A DNA stretch of 64,000 nt, taken from assembly GCA_031385545.1 (NCBI GenBank), contig JANNBN010000129.1, forward strand, positions 33,062-97,061. The letters run 5' to 3'. Position 1 is the stretch's first letter. Every line of letters starts with the position of its first letter. The position numbers were made by a program, and so were the translations under genes. The notes beneath the pieces are model-generated. The model saw only the letters and a list, made by a program, of their open reading frames with translations, had not been told where the DNA came from and ran no database searches. Below are positions 41,283 through 52,896 of this stretch, piece by piece. The stretch is from Acidimicrobiia bacterium. Its GTDB lineage: Bacteria; Actinomycetota; Acidimicrobiia; Acidimicrobiales; JANYDT01.

Positions 41283-42191
41283 CTACTTGTAGACGTAGAA
41301 GCCGCGACCGGATTTTCGGCCGAGCAGACCAGCTTCCACCATCCGGCTGAGCAACGGCGGCGGAGCGTAGAGCTGTTCCTTGAACTCGGTGTAAAGGCTC
41401 TCGGCAACGGCCATTGTGGTGTCGAGCCCGATGAGGTCGCACAGACGAAGCGGACCCATCGGGTGCGCGCAACCTTCGACCATGCCTGCATCGATGTCGT
41501 CGGCGGTTGCGAAGCCGGACTCCATCATGCGGATGGCCTGGAGTATGTACGGAATCAGCAACGCGTTGACGATGAACCCCGCCCGGTCCTTCGAGCGGAT
41601 GACACGCTTGTTCAACGTCGTGGCGGCGAAATGCTCGGCGACGGCGGCGGTCTCGGAGGAAGTGAGGAGCGACGTGACCAGTTCGACCAGCTTCAGCACC
41701 GGCACCGGGTTGAAGAAGTGGATGCCAACCACCTGCGCCGGCCGCTGTGTCGCCATGGCGAGCTTCATGATGGGGATCGACGACGTGTTGGAGGCGAGAA
41801 CTGCCGAGGGGCTGCTCACGACGTCGTCGAGACGCCGAAACACGTCGGTCTTGGCTGCCTCGTCCTCAAGGATGGCTTCCACGACCAGATCGCGGTCGTG
41901 GAGCGAGTGGAAGTCGTGCGTGACGGTGATCAGGTCGAGTGCCCGGTCACGGATCTCGGCGTTGAGTTTGCCGGCACTGACAGCTCGTTCCATCGATCCG
42001 TGAATCCGCTTCAGCGCCCGTTCAGCGGCCGCAGCGTCGGACTCGACGACGATGGTGGGGCATCCCGCACGGCCGCAGACCTCGGCGATGCCGGAGCCCA
42101 TGAGACCGCCGCCGATGACGCCGATCCGCGAGAAGGTGTTGCTTGACATGGCCATCCAATGCTGCGGTTGTGTGAGGGTTGCCTGTTCCAC
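41283..42191 (-). CDS. 3-hydroxyacyl-CoA / 3-hydroxybutyryl-CoA dehydrogenase
   Basis: Rossmann IGVIGGGLMGSGIA, ...ASNTSSIPI..., HFFNPVPVLKLVE, ...GFIVNALL.... Start uncertain (ATG 42191, 42155 or 42149). Confidence 0.88.
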   Translation of the reverse strand: MEQATLTQPQHWMAMSSNTFSRIGVIGGGLMGSGIAEVCGRAGCPTIVVESDAAAAERALKRIHGSMERAVSAGKLNAEIRDRALDLITVTHDFHSLHDRDLVVEAILEDEAAKTDVFRRLDDVVSSPSAVLASNTSSIPIMKLAMATQRPAQVVGIHFFNPVPVLKLVELVTSLLTSSETAAVAEHFAATTLNKRVIRSKDRAGFIVNALLIPYILQAIRMMESGFATADDIDAGMVEGCAHPMGPLRLCDLIGLDTTMAVAESLYTEFKEQLYAPPPLLSRMVEAGLLGRKSGRGFYVYK

Positions 42192-42283
42192 CAGGTTACG
42201 GGCAGGGGCCCGCCAGTCTGTCAGGCGATACGGTGACGCCGATCCCTCCGGGGCCCGACAACCGATACAAGGAGTTTTACCAA

Positions 42284-43834
42284 ATGAAGGTCCAGTTCAC
42301 CGTCGGCGACTATCTCAACCGCGCTGTGCTCGTCTATCCGGACCGAACCGCTGTTGTCGATGAGCCGGGAACCGCAGGGTCGCTCGGCTCGTTCACCTAC
42401 GCAAGCTTCGGCAGGCGGGTCCGAAACTTCGCACGCAAGTTGGAAGATCTCGGTGTCGGAATCGGTGATCGGGTGGCAATCGTGTCACCCAACTCGGCGC
42501 GTCTTCTGATCTCGTTCTGGGGCACGTCGCAGTTCGGCCGAGTGCTCGTGCCGATCAACTTCCGGCTCAACTTCGAAGAGATCAGCTACATCATCGGGCA
42601 CTCGGGTGCAACAGTCGTGTTCGTCGATCCAGACCAGTACGAGGTGTGCAAGGACCTGCCGGTAAAGCGCCTCGTGGTGATGGACGGTGTCGGCGACGCG
42701 GGCTGGTTCGACGAGATTGCCGAGGGTGCTGCGGAGCCCACGGCGTGGGAGGCGAACGAAGACGCCACCGCCACCGTCAACTACACGTCGGGCACAACCG
42801 CTCGCCCGAAGGGCGTGCAGGTCACGCATCGCAACGCGTGGACGAATGCCGCCATCTTCGGTTGGCACACCAGCGTGTCGGATCGCGATGTCTATCTGCA
42901 CACGCTGCCGATGTTCCACTGCAACGGGTGGGGGCAGGTGTACGCGGTCACGGGTATGGGTGGCACTCACATCGTGCTGCGCAAGGTCGATGGGGACGAC
43001 ATCCTCAACCGGGTGCACCTGCACGGGGTCAACTTCATGTGCGGGGCACCGGTGGTGGTGGCCATGGCGCTCGACGCTGCGGCCAAGCGTCGGGCCGGAG
43101 GTGAGCCGGTGCCCGGGCGGTATCTCGTGCGGATGGTCGTGGCCGGAGCGCCCCCACCCTCCAAGACCATCGAGCGTGTCGAAACCGATCTCGGGTGGGA
43201 GTTCATCCAGATCTACGGGCTCACGGAAACGTCGCCGTTACTCACCATCAACCGCACGCGCGCCGAGTGGGACCATCTCGACGTTGCAGACCGAGCCAGG
43301 TTGCTGTCCAGGGCCGGGGCCCCGGCCCTCGGGGTAACGATGAAGATCAGCGAAGAGGGTGAGGTCCTGGCACGCGCCAACCACGTCTTCGAAGGCTACT
43401 GGGAGCAGCCGGAAGAGAGCGCAAAGGCGCTGCATGACGGCTTCTTCCACACCGGGGACGGCGGGTTCATGGACGGTGCCTACGTGGTCATCGCCGATCG
43501 GAAGAAGGACGTGATCATCTCAGGCGGGGAGAACGTGTCGTCGATCGAGGTTGAAGATTGCTTGTTCCAACACCCGGCTGTGGCTGAATGCGCAGTGATC
43601 GGTGTACCAGACGAGAAGTGGGGGGAAACGGTCAAGGCTCTTGTTGTCCTGCGACCCGGGGTGTCGGCCACGGATCGCGAACTGATCGATTTCACGCGGT
43701 CGAAGCTGTCGCACTTCAAATGCCCGGCTTCGATCGAGATTCGACCGGAGTTGGCGCGCACAGCGACTGGCAAGCTGCAGAAGTCCAAGCTCCGAGAGCC
43801 CTACTGGAAGGGGCACGAGAAGTCTGTCAACTGA
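42284..43834 (+). CDS. AMP-dependent acyl-CoA synthetase/ligase
   Basis: RBS AAGGAG before ATG 42284. AMP motif YTSGTTARPKGV, ...YGLTETS..., GDGGFMDGAYVVIADRKKDVIISGGENV and terminal ...GKLQK. Confidence 0.9.
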   Translation: MKVQFTVGDYLNRAVLVYPDRTAVVDEPGTAGSLGSFTYASFGRRVRNFARKLEDLGVGIGDRVAIVSPNSARLLISFWGTSQFGRVLVPINFRLNFEEISYIIGHSGATVVFVDPDQYEVCKDLPVKRLVVMDGVGDAGWFDEIAEGAAEPTAWEANEDATATVNYTSGTTARPKGVQVTHRNAWTNAAIFGWHTSVSDRDVYLHTLPMFHCNGWGQVYAVTGMGGTHIVLRKVDGDDILNRVHLHGVNFMCGAPVVVAMALDAAAKRRAGGEPVPGRYLVRMVVAGAPPPSKTIERVETDLGWEFIQIYGLTETSPLLTINRTRAEWDHLDVADRARLLSRAGAPALGVTMKISEEGEVLARANHVFEGYWEQPEESAKALHDGFFHTGDGGFMDGAYVVIADRKKDVIISGGENVSSIEVEDCLFQHPAVAECAVIGVPDEKWGETVKALVVLRPGVSATDRELIDFTRSKLSHFKCPASIEIRPELARTATGKLQKSKLREPYWKGHEKSVN

Positions 43835-43966
43835 AGCAAACCAGCGGGTCGCGCTGATGCACCGCCACCGGGTGCAGTGTCGCATCACCAATCCTGGGCA
43901 TGACCTTGAAGGTCCTCATTGTCGAAGAATGAAGGGTGAACAGTCGTCATCCAGCAGGAGGCTTCG

Positions 43967-44806
43967 ATGCCAGGCCAATTCTTCGTTGACGAACACTGCC
44001 GCCAGGTCGTGCTGATCCGGTGGGACATGGGTGTGAAGTTCATCGACATCGAGTTCGCCGGTGCGCGACTCGCGCGGCTCGACGGCCCCGACATCCTGCT
44101 GTCGACCGGAATGCAGGGCGCTGCGCCGGACGGCAATCATCTTGTGGTCGGCGCCACACGCGAGTCGGGTCCCATCACGTTCTACGTGCAGCACGCCGGC
44201 GTCTACCTCACGCCGGAACCGGTGGATTACGCGATGCATCCGCCTGTGGTCGAGATCATTGACGCGCTCAACTCCACCGGCCGGGCAGGGGCATCGCAAG
44301 CCGGGCTTTCGATGGACTCGAAGGGCCGGCTGGTGAAGGATGGTCTCGTCGTCGATGACACGGTGCTGACGTACGCAGCGGGAGCACGAAAGGTTGACCA
44401 CAGCGCGATCACCAAGGGCCGCATCTGGATCGGAATTGTGGCAGGCCTTTCGCTTCCGTTCGTGGCGCTCATCGCGTTCTTCGCGTCGCTCGGAAGCGTG
44501 TTCCTGATTGGTTCACCGGATCTGACCATGGCGGAGAAAGCAAAGATCATCGGTGCGGTTGTATACGTCGTTGCGTTACTCATCGTGCTGGTGTTGGCGC
44601 TGGTGTTCTCCTTCAAGAAGCTCCCGTCGTTCGGTCCGGCCAAGCTTGCGATGGTCCTGTGCCTGATCGGGTCACCGATCATCGGCTGGGCAATCCTGTA
44701 TTTTGGACTGAAAGCGCTCGGAAATGCACAAGACCAGGCCGAGTCCATGGTCTACAACGCCGACCGCGAGGCACACATCGCCAACACCGGCCAACGCACG
44801 CTGTGA
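43967..44806 (+). CDS. Hypothetical membrane protein (soluble N-domain + 4 TM)
   Basis: 279-aa ORF. About 150 aa of N-terminal soluble region, then TM helices (IWIGIVAGLSLPFVALIAFFASL..., IIGAVVYVVALLIVLVLALVF...). No family recognised. Confidence 0.5.
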   Translation: MPGQFFVDEHCRQVVLIRWDMGVKFIDIEFAGARLARLDGPDILLSTGMQGAAPDGNHLVVGATRESGPITFYVQHAGVYLTPEPVDYAMHPPVVEIIDALNSTGRAGASQAGLSMDSKGRLVKDGLVVDDTVLTYAAGARKVDHSAITKGRIWIGIVAGLSLPFVALIAFFASLGSVFLIGSPDLTMAEKAKIIGAVVYVVALLIVLVLALVFSFKKLPSFGPAKLAMVLCLIGSPIIGWAILYFGLKALGNAQDQAESMVYNADREAHIANTGQRTL

Positions 44807-44851
44807 CACTGTCAGCCTGGCGTCGGCGGAGGCGGCAACGTCAGCGGAGAC

Positions 44852-45289
44852 CTAGCTCGGTCTGACGTACGTTCCTTGGGCCACGGCAACGCTGGCGACA
44901 CCATCGCCGGTCGGCGAATCCATCCAACAACGCACCGAACCAATGACGGAGCGGCGGCCGGCGTGGTGCACGTCGGCCCGGGCGTAGAGCGTGGTACCCC
45001 GGGCAGGACGCAAGTAGCGGATGGACAGTTCGCTGGTGAGTGCCATGGGCTCGATGCCGACCGACGCGAAGAGCGCGTACCAGAGCGCGCAGTCCGCAAG
45101 GCCGAAAACAGTCGGCCCACTGATGATTGCACCGGGACGCAACGTCTGAGCTTCAGGGGTCATTGCGACAATTGCCCAGGTCGGCCCCGTCGCAGTCGCT
45201 GCACCGCTTGCCCCTCCGGGCCACAACTCGGTGACGACCCGGTTGATCTCGTCGGGCGTAGCCAGCGCGTGCTGCGGCGGCCAGGTCAC
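44852..45289 (-). CDS. PaaI/hotdog-fold thioesterase
   Basis: 145 aa. ...GPTVFGLADCALWYALF...ELSIRYLRPA...GRRSVIGSVRC... fits the PaaI/YbgC-like hotdog pattern. 4-nt overlap with the upstream acyl-CoA dehydrogenase gene. Confidence 0.7.
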   Translation of the reverse strand: MTWPPQHALATPDEINRVVTELWPGGASGAATATGPTWAIVAMTPEAQTLRPGAIISGPTVFGLADCALWYALFASVGIEPMALTSELSIRYLRPARGTTLYARADVHHAGRRSVIGSVRCWMDSPTGDGVASVAVAQGTYVRPS

Positions 45290-47064
45290 TGGCTGGCCAA
45301 TTGTTCGACAGGGATTGCGAACAACTGCTCAGCTCCGGCTGTGACTTGCTGGGTGAGGCCGTCGATGGTGCTGAGGATCTGTCCCATGTAGAACTCGCTG
45401 GTAGCCAATTTGGCCGCAGCGTACGGGTCGGCCGGTGACGCAGCGGCAACAACGGCTTGCTTGCCCATCAGCCATCCGCCCACGACGGTGGCAACCACAC
45501 GCAGGTACGGGGTGGCACCCGACATGCCGTCGACAGCCGACTGGCGCCCTGGGCCAAGCATCCACTTGGTGAGCGCCTCCATCGTGTCGATCGCGGCTGC
45601 TAGCCGTCGCGCAAGTTCTGCGTCCGTCTGAGCGAGCGGCGTGAGGTCTGTACGCATACGGCCGATGAGGTCGGCCACGGCTGCTCCGCCCCGTAACCCA
45701 AGCTTGCGGCCGTACAGGTCGAGGGCTTGAATGCCGTTCGTGCCTTCGTAGATGGCTGCGATGCGCACGTCCCGGTAAAGCTGCGAGACGCCGGTGTCCT
45801 CGCAGAAACCCATTCCGCCGTGAATCTGCACGGCAAGGGAGCACAGCTCGTTGCCGAGGTCGGTGCACCAGGCCTTGGAGAGCGGGGTCAGCAGGTCAGC
45901 CAATTCTTGTCCGGCCGCCCGCTCCTGAGGGGTGCCTCCGTGGCGGGTTTCGTCGATGGCTCGTGCGTTCAGGAAGATCAGATGGCGCATGGCTTCGATC
46001 TGGCTGCGCATGGTCATGAGCATGCGACGGATGTCGGGGTGGCCGACGATGGGATCGGTGAGGGCCCCGCCGATCGGACGGCCCTGAACACGTGTGGTGG
46101 CATGCGCAACCGCGTGTTGATATGCGCGCTCAGCAAGTGAAAGACCCTGCTGGCCGACAGCTAGGCGTGCGGTGTTCATCATCACGAACATGGTGCGCAT
46201 GCCGGTGTCGAGCTCGCCGACCAGTTCGCCGACCGCACCGGCTCCGCCGTCACCGAACGCAAGGACACACGTTGGAGACGCATGAATCCCCATCTTGTGT
46301 TCGGTCGAGACCAAGCGCACGTCGTTGAGCGTTCCTGGCGTGCCGTCAGCGTTCGGTAGGTACTTGGGCACGATGAAGCAGCTGATGCCTTTGGTGCCCG
46401 CCGGTGAGCCGTCGACGCGAGCAAGTACAAGATGAACGATGTTGTCGGCCATGTCATGCTCGCCCCACGTGATGTAGATCTTCTGGCCGGTGATACGCCA
46501 CGTGCCGTCGTCCGCCTTCACGGCCCGGGTGCGCAGCGCACCTACGTCACTGCCGGCTTCGGGCTCGGTGAGGTTCATGGTGCCGGTCCACTCACCGCTG
46601 ACAAGCTTGCGCAGGTAGGTCTCCTTCTGCGCCTCTGACCCGTATGCATGCAGAGCATCGATTGCGCCCTGGGTGAGCATGGGGCACAGTGCCAGCGCCA
46701 TGTTGGATGACTGGAGCAGTTCGCTCATGGCGATGCCGGTGAGATGCGGGAACCCACCTCCGCCGTATTCGGGATCAAGGGACACGCTCGCCCAGCCGCC
46801 CTGCGCGTAAGCCTGGTAGGCGTTGCGAAAACCGGTTGGCGTCCGGATTGTGGACGCCTCTGTGTCGACCCGCAGTCCTTCGCGGTCGCCGATCTCGTTG
46901 GTGGGAGACCAGACGTCGGTGATCAGCCGGGCGAACTCGTCGAGGAGCCCCGCGACCGTCTCGCTGTCGGCGTGCTCGAAACCAGGGAGCTCGGTGAGAT
47001 CGTCGGACCCGACCATGTCGAGTGAGAATCGGATGTCGCGCAGGGGCGCTGTGTACTGCAACAT
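45286..47064 (-). CDS. Acyl-CoA dehydrogenase (long ~590-aa form with extra C-terminal domain)
   Basis: ...LTEPEAGSDVGALRTRA..., ...GDGGAGAVGELVGE..., ...QIHGGMGFCEDTGVSQLYRDVRIAAIYEGTNGIQALD.... Confidence 0.9.
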   Translation of the reverse strand: MLQYTAPLRDIRFSLDMVGSDDLTELPGFEHADSETVAGLLDEFARLITDVWSPTNEIGDREGLRVDTEASTIRTPTGFRNAYQAYAQGGWASVSLDPEYGGGGFPHLTGIAMSELLQSSNMALALCPMLTQGAIDALHAYGSEAQKETYLRKLVSGEWTGTMNLTEPEAGSDVGALRTRAVKADDGTWRITGQKIYITWGEHDMADNIVHLVLARVDGSPAGTKGISCFIVPKYLPNADGTPGTLNDVRLVSTEHKMGIHASPTCVLAFGDGGAGAVGELVGELDTGMRTMFVMMNTARLAVGQQGLSLAERAYQHAVAHATTRVQGRPIGGALTDPIVGHPDIRRMLMTMRSQIEAMRHLIFLNARAIDETRHGGTPQERAAGQELADLLTPLSKAWCTDLGNELCSLAVQIHGGMGFCEDTGVSQLYRDVRIAAIYEGTNGIQALDLYGRKLGLRGGAAVADLIGRMRTDLTPLAQTDAELARRLAAAIDTMEALTKWMLGPGRQSAVDGMSGATPYLRVVATVVGGWLMGKQAVVAAASPADPYAAAKLATSEFYMGQILSTIDGLTQQVTAGAEQLFAIPVEQLASQ

Positions 47065-47116
47065 GCGCCCAGTCTGCCCGCCGAGAGGCGTCGGGCGGTA
47101 GTCCGCTGGTTGATGA

Positions 47117-48124
47117 TTACGGTTGCCAGCCCGAGAATGCGTCGATCATGGCCGGAACGTCGCCGAGCGGGTACAGGATCGGGCAAGTGGTGCCGTTCTT
47201 GATGTATTCAGCCACCTTGGCCCGGGCCTCGGCAGGGGTGCCCGAGGCTGTGAGCATCTGCACGATCTCGTCGGGAACCAGCTTGGACGCTGCCTCGACC
47301 TGATCGTGGGTAGCCGGCCACGTCAGCACCTCGCCGACCTTGTCCAACAGGCTTTGCGGAACGCCGCTGGCTTTCATGATGTGGGGCTGCTGGCCCAGGT
47401 ACTGAGTCACCATCATGCGTGCCATGTCCAGGGCAGTCTTGCGGTCCTCGTGCACGGAACACACCACCAGCTGTGGCCGGTCGATGTCATAAGCGGACTT
47501 ACCACGTTTCGCCGCGCCGCGTTCCAACGCTTCCATGGCCCGTGCGTTGTAGTCGGGTGACACCAGGTAATTGAGCACGACCCCATCAGCGATCTCACCC
47601 GTGAGCTCCATCATCTGCATGCCGGTTGCACCGATGTAGATGGGCACTTCTTTGGCCCGCCGCTCTTGGTACACGTAGTCCAGTTCGATGCCATCGACCT
47701 TGACGTAGTGGCCATTGAAGGTAACTGTCTCGTTGGCCAGCAACGCGCGGCACACGGTGACAACCTCCTTCATGACGGTGAGCGGACGAGCCCGTTCGAT
47801 ACCAACCTTGGCGGCGAGCGGGTCCCACCAGGCGCCAAGGCCAAGAATGATTCGGCCCGGAGCGAGATCGTCGAGCGTGGAGAACGTGGCGGCCAAGCGT
47901 GCCGGGTTGCGGCTCCAGCAATCCGCCACGCCCGAGCCGACCTTGATGGTGTCGGTCACCGCTGCAAACGCGGCCATCGGTGGGATGGCGTCGCGAACCA
48001 AGCGGCTCTCGGCCTGCCAGACCGCGTCGAAGCCCTTCTGCTCGGCGTAGCGGACGATGTCCATGCCCTCGCGGATTGTGTGGGCGTCCTGCAGGTAGAG
48101 AGCAACTCGCTGAGTCGGGGTCAT
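47117..48124 (-). CDS. LLM-class (luciferase-like) flavin/F420-dependent oxidoreductase
   Basis: Start at ATG 48124 ([13 protein letters not shown]...). ...[12 protein letters not shown]..., ...[11 protein letters not shown]..., ...[24 protein letters not shown].... Confidence 0.8.
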   Translation of the reverse strand: MTPTQRVALYLQDAHTIREGMDIVRYAEQKGFDAVWQAESRLVRDAIPPMAAFAAVTDTIKVGSGVADCWSRNPARLAATFSTLDDLAPGRIILGLGAWWDPLAAKVGIERARPLTVMKEVVTVCRALLANETVTFNGHYVKVDGIELDYVYQERRAKEVPIYIGATGMQMMELTGEIADGVVLNYLVSPDYNARAMEALERGAAKRGKSAYDIDRPQLVVCSVHEDRKTALDMARMMVTQYLGQQPHIMKASGVPQSLLDKVGEVLTWPATHDQVEAASKLVPDEIVQMLTASGTPAEARAKVAEYIKNGTTCPILYPLGDVPAMIDAFSGWQP

Positions 48125-48192
48125 GGACTGATTGTACGAAATGTAAAACGCCCCGCCAGTGGCGGGGCGCGACAAATGCCGAGAACTTGTGG

Positions 48193-48918
48193 TCAGCGGC
48201 GATTGAGCTTGACCAGGAGGCGCAGAATCTCCAGGTAGAGCCACGCAACGGTGACTAAGAGACCGAAGCCCGAATACCACGCCATATGGGCTGGCGCCCC
48301 GTGGCTGATGCCCTTGTCGATCAGGTCGAAGTCGAGGAGCAGGTTGAAGGCTGCCAGACCGGCGATCAACACCGACATGGCGATACCGAGCGGCGACGGG
48401 CTGGACAGGAACGACACGTTCACGAAGAAACTGGCGATGAACGAGAAGAGGTACATGGCCGCGACGCCGAGCGTTGCGGTGAGCACAACGCTGCGCAGTC
48501 GGTCCGTGACCTTGATGGTGCCGGTGCGCCACAGCGTCCACATCACCGCGAACACGGCAATGGTGGCGAGCAGAGCCTGCAGGGCGACGCCGTTGTAGCG
48601 GACGTTGAGCACGTGGGAGAACGATCCGACGAAGAGACCTTTCAGCACCGCGTACGCGAGGCCAAGGGGCATGGCCTGTCGCGGCCGGAAAGCGGTGACC
48701 AGGGCGACGCCGAAGGCTGCAATGGCTACGAGCATCGTCCAGGCAGGGAAGCCGCCGTAGAAATCAGGTTCGGTCATCTGCCAACCGGCAAAGGATGCGA
48801 TGCCGAATACGCCGAACAGTGTGGCGATGGCGTTGGCCGTTGCCTCTTTGGTCATGATGGCGGAACCGCCGGTACCGGCGCGCTCGAAGGCCTTCGGGGT
48901 GAGAACTGGGTTGGACAT
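48193..48918 (-). CDS. Bax inhibitor-1/YccA family membrane protein
   Basis: 7 TM segments. The N-terminal MSNPVL...F and the C-terminal ...[15 protein letters not shown] are characteristic. RBS GGGAGA upstream of ATG 48918. Confidence 0.8.
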   Translation of the reverse strand: MSNPVLTPKAFERAGTGGSAIMTKEATANAIATLFGVFGIASFAGWQMTEPDFYGGFPAWTMLVAIAAFGVALVTAFRPRQAMPLGLAYAVLKGLFVGSFSHVLNVRYNGVALQALLATIAVFAVMWTLWRTGTIKVTDRLRSVVLTATLGVAAMYLFSFIASFFVNVSFLSSPSPLGIAMSVLIAGLAAFNLLLDFDLIDKGISHGAPAHMAWYSGFGLLVTVAWLYLEILRLLVKLNRR

Positions 48919-48979
48919 GGTCACGAGTCTCCCACAGTCCGTCAACTATCTGCAACTAACAGTCGCAAAAGGAACCAAC

Positions 48980-49669
48980 CTACGGTGTCCACTCGACGTG
49001 CTGTGGGTCTGGGTTCGACCGAAACGACATTCCCCACGTGAACCCGTTCGATCGGAAGATGTCGATCATTCGTTGCACTCCTGGCTCGCGCTCGACAACC
49101 TCATCCCACTTGGCGTTGTCGCCGAACGAACGCACGTCTGCTGCGAGGCCGTAACTGTGCTTCGAGATGCAGCCGGGGATGAACGCGCCAGTGATCGCGT
49201 CCTTGCATCGGCGCCGGTTCACCGTTCCGAACGAGGTGACGTGACGGCCGAGACCAGCAGCATCAACTTCAGCGACCGCGGCCGTGAAGCGGTCGTACAC
49301 CTCCCGGTTGACCTGCACGGTGCAGGCGCCGGCGTTCAGCGGCCGGATTTCAGTGCAGGCGGCAAAGGCGTCTGGGAGGACCACGTCGACGAGCGCCACA
49401 CCCGAACAGCTCACAGCCGTGGACTCACCGTCTGCAGCGCATGACCCGATCCGGTCCCACGCCCGGTGTCGCTCCCATGCTGATCGTGCCGGCCACAGCA
49501 GCACCACAACAGTGGCGAGTAGCAGCGTGCTCGCTATCAGTGGCGTAACACGATCGCGATTTCGGCGCCCCCGCACACCCGGGCGCAACTTTTGTTTCGG
49601 GTGAGTTCGACGAATTGAACCGTGGCCGAGGCCGAAGCGTGGTCGGGTGTCGTTGCGCGGACCGACCAC
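48980..49669 (-). CDS. M15-family (VanY/LAS-fold) zinc D,D- or L,D-peptidase with N-terminal membrane anchor
   Basis: SKHSYGLAADV (SxHxxGxAxD) and ...DPQHVEW (second His) are LAS metallopeptidase motifs. TM is LIASTLLLATVVVLLW. GTG start uncertain. Confidence 0.7.
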   Translation of the reverse strand: MVGPRNDTRPRFGLGHGSIRRTHPKQKLRPGVRGRRNRDRVTPLIASTLLLATVVVLLWPARSAWERHRAWDRIGSCAADGESTAVSCSGVALVDVVLPDAFAACTEIRPLNAGACTVQVNREVYDRFTAAVAEVDAAGLGRHVTSFGTVNRRRCKDAITGAFIPGCISKHSYGLAADVRSFGDNAKWDEVVEREPGVQRMIDIFRSNGFTWGMSFRSNPDPQHVEWTP

Positions 49670-49834
49670 ACCCCCCAGTCAACCAGAAGCGCCGACGTCA
49701 CTCGCATGGGCGGGCGCGATGAAAGTCATCCCGGCACAAATTCGCTGGCACGCGGGTGGCCGCGCCGGAGTTGGCGGAATCTGCGCACGCTGGAGGGTGC
49801 AGGGCGAGCGCCGATCGCAGCGCCGCTAGCGTGA

Positions 49835-51157
<1,323 letters not shown>

Positions 51158-51294
51158 CGACGGCGAGAGAGGCTGCCCTCAACCATCGGGGTATTCCGTC
51201 TCCGAATCATGCTGCGAGGCGTTCTCCCGCACGGAACCAGAAAGCCCACTCTGAGTGGTGTTTCAGTGTTGTTCGTCATCTATACTGATGACCC

Positions 51295-52875
51295 ATGGCG
51301 TGGAATCGGGCGAAGCGGACTGCAATTTGTTTTTCCCTGGCAACGGCCATCGGGCTGCTGCCAGTGTTGGCGCTGGTTCGTCCGGGTGGAGCCGCTGTCC
51401 AGCTGGCTATCCGTGCCCCAGGTTCGGCCGTTGTGGCTGTCCCAGTGAAGATCGATGTCCGGGGCCTGTTGGGAGGCGCAGATGTGCGACTGATCGAGGG
51501 TACCGAAGTGCTGGCGAAAGCCACTGCCCCGCGGTCTGGACGACTTCAATTCAGTGTGACTTTTGGTGCTCCGGGTCGGACCGTGCTTTCAGTGTTGGAA
51601 TCCCTTGCAGGTCGCCGCACGACCCGCGTTGTTGTGCACGCGTTCGACGTGATCGAAACGTCGCCCCCGGCGGTGCCAAACTCGGCCCCCGTCACGGTGG
51701 CAATCGTCGTATCCGCAACAGCGGTCCCGGCCGTCCCTGCCACCGCTCCGACAAGCGCACCCGTTTCCGTCTCTGGTAGTTCCGCCGCCGCTGGAATCTG
51801 GTTCGGCAACCCGTCGACCTACCAGGGCTCGTTGACGCAGGCGTCAAGCGCCGAGAGCAGCACAACAACGACGGTGCCGAACACGACGGTGCCGAACACG
51901 ACGGTGCCGACGACGGTGCCCGTCACGACTGTGGCACCCACCACGCTTGGGCCACCGTCGACCCCGGTGACCTCGACCGCTGCCACGACGCGCCCCGCTC
52001 CGACGGCTCCGACCACGACTCTCACCACAACGACCGGCCTCACGACGACGACCGGTCTCACGACGACGACCGATCTCGCAACAACCACCGTTCGTGCGAC
52101 AACGCGCGCAACCACCCTGGCCAGCACCACGACCGAGGCCAGCGTGGCGCCAACGACGGTCACGCCGACAACGCAATCGCCGCGCCCAACCACAACCATC
52201 GCCGCCGACTGTGCCGTCAGAGTGTGGCCGCTCGGTGATTCGTTAACCGTCGGCGGCTACGGCGACCGCACGGGCTTCACGGACTCGTATCGATACGAGC
52301 TCTACCGACAGCTCGCTGCGACGGGGCAGAACATCGCCTTCCGCGGCCACATCGGAGCACCCGGCTCACCGTTGCGATGGGGTGCGGTTCCCCCCGCCGG
52401 CGTCACGGATGAATTCTCGCATTCCGGCGTTGGCGGGTACAGCGTCGCCAACATGCTGCTCGACGTCGCTGCCTTTTCCAACGGCGTCCGCCCCGATGTG
52501 ATCGTGCTCAACATCGGAACCAACGGCGGTACCCCTCAGGAATTCAGGCAGTTGGTCACGCGGATCCAGCAGTTGGCACCCGCCGCCGACATCGTGATGG
52601 GGACCCTGACCCCGCTTGCGTCCGAGTTGGCACTTCGTCGGGTAGTCGATCCAGAGCGCGCGGCCTTGAACGCAGCCATTCGCGCGATCGGAGTTGAATC
52701 CGCTTCTGATCGGCTGTTCACCGCCGATGTCACCGATCGCCTGTTCAACCAGCAGGCGATGAGAGCGAGCGACTACTGGGACGGCACACACCTCGAGGCG
52801 TCGGGGGGCATGAAGTTCGCCCGGGCGCTCTATCCCGAGGTCGCACAACGAGTGGCCCAGGCAAGGCGCTGCTGA
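51295..52875 (+). CDS. Secreted protein: N-terminal beta-rich domain, Thr/Pro-rich linker, C-terminal SGNH/GDSL hydrolase
   Basis: Signal peptide MAWNRAKRTAICFSLATAIGLLPVLALVRPGGA. SGNH blocks: VWPLGDSLTVGG (block I), HSGVGGY (II), LNIGTNG (III), DGTHL (V). Confidence 0.8.
   Translation: MAWNRAKRTAICFSLATAIGLLPVLALVRPGGAAVQLAIRAPGSAVVAVPVKIDVRGLLGGADVRLIEGTEVLAKATAPRSGRLQFSVTFGAPGRTVLSVLESLAGRRTTRVVVHAFDVIETSPPAVPNSAPVTVAIVVSATAVPAVPATAPTSAPVSVSGSSAAAGIWFGNPSTYQGSLTQASSAESSTTTTVPNTTVPNTTVPTTVPVTTVAPTTLGPPSTPVTSTAATTRPAPTAPTTTLTTTTGLTTTTGLTTTTDLATTTVRATTRATTLASTTTEASVAPTTVTPTTQSPRPTTTIAADCAVRVWPLGDSLTVGGYGDRTGFTDSYRYELYRQLAATGQNIAFRGHIGAPGSPLRWGAVPPAGVTDEFSHSGVGGYSVANMLLDVAAFSNGVRPDVIVLNIGTNGGTPQEFRQLVTRIQQLAPAADIVMGTLTPLASELALRRVVDPERAALNAAIRAIGVESASDRLFTADVTDRLFNQQAMRASDYWDGTHLEASGGMKFARALYPEVAQRVAQARRC
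51868..52198. repeat. Low-complexity Thr/Pro/Val linker with nested 15-bp and 18-bp tandem repeats
   Basis: ACGACGGTGCCGAAC x3 from 51868 (TVPN TVPN TVP). An 18-bp unit ACGACGACCGGYCTCACG x3 around 52027-52080 (TTTGLTTTTGLTTTTDL). Confidence 0.8.
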
Positions 52876-52896
52876 CGTCGGCTTGTCTGCGGCCAG

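Noticed and set aside
42238-42249. 12-nt exact match (CCGATCCCTCCG) to the core of the 59-nt in-frame element, in the 5' region of the acyl-CoA synthetase gene
   Set aside because: It is too short to distinguish from chance in G+C-rich DNA, and no flanking similarity is visible. Noted only as something a genome-wide search of the 59-mer would clarify.
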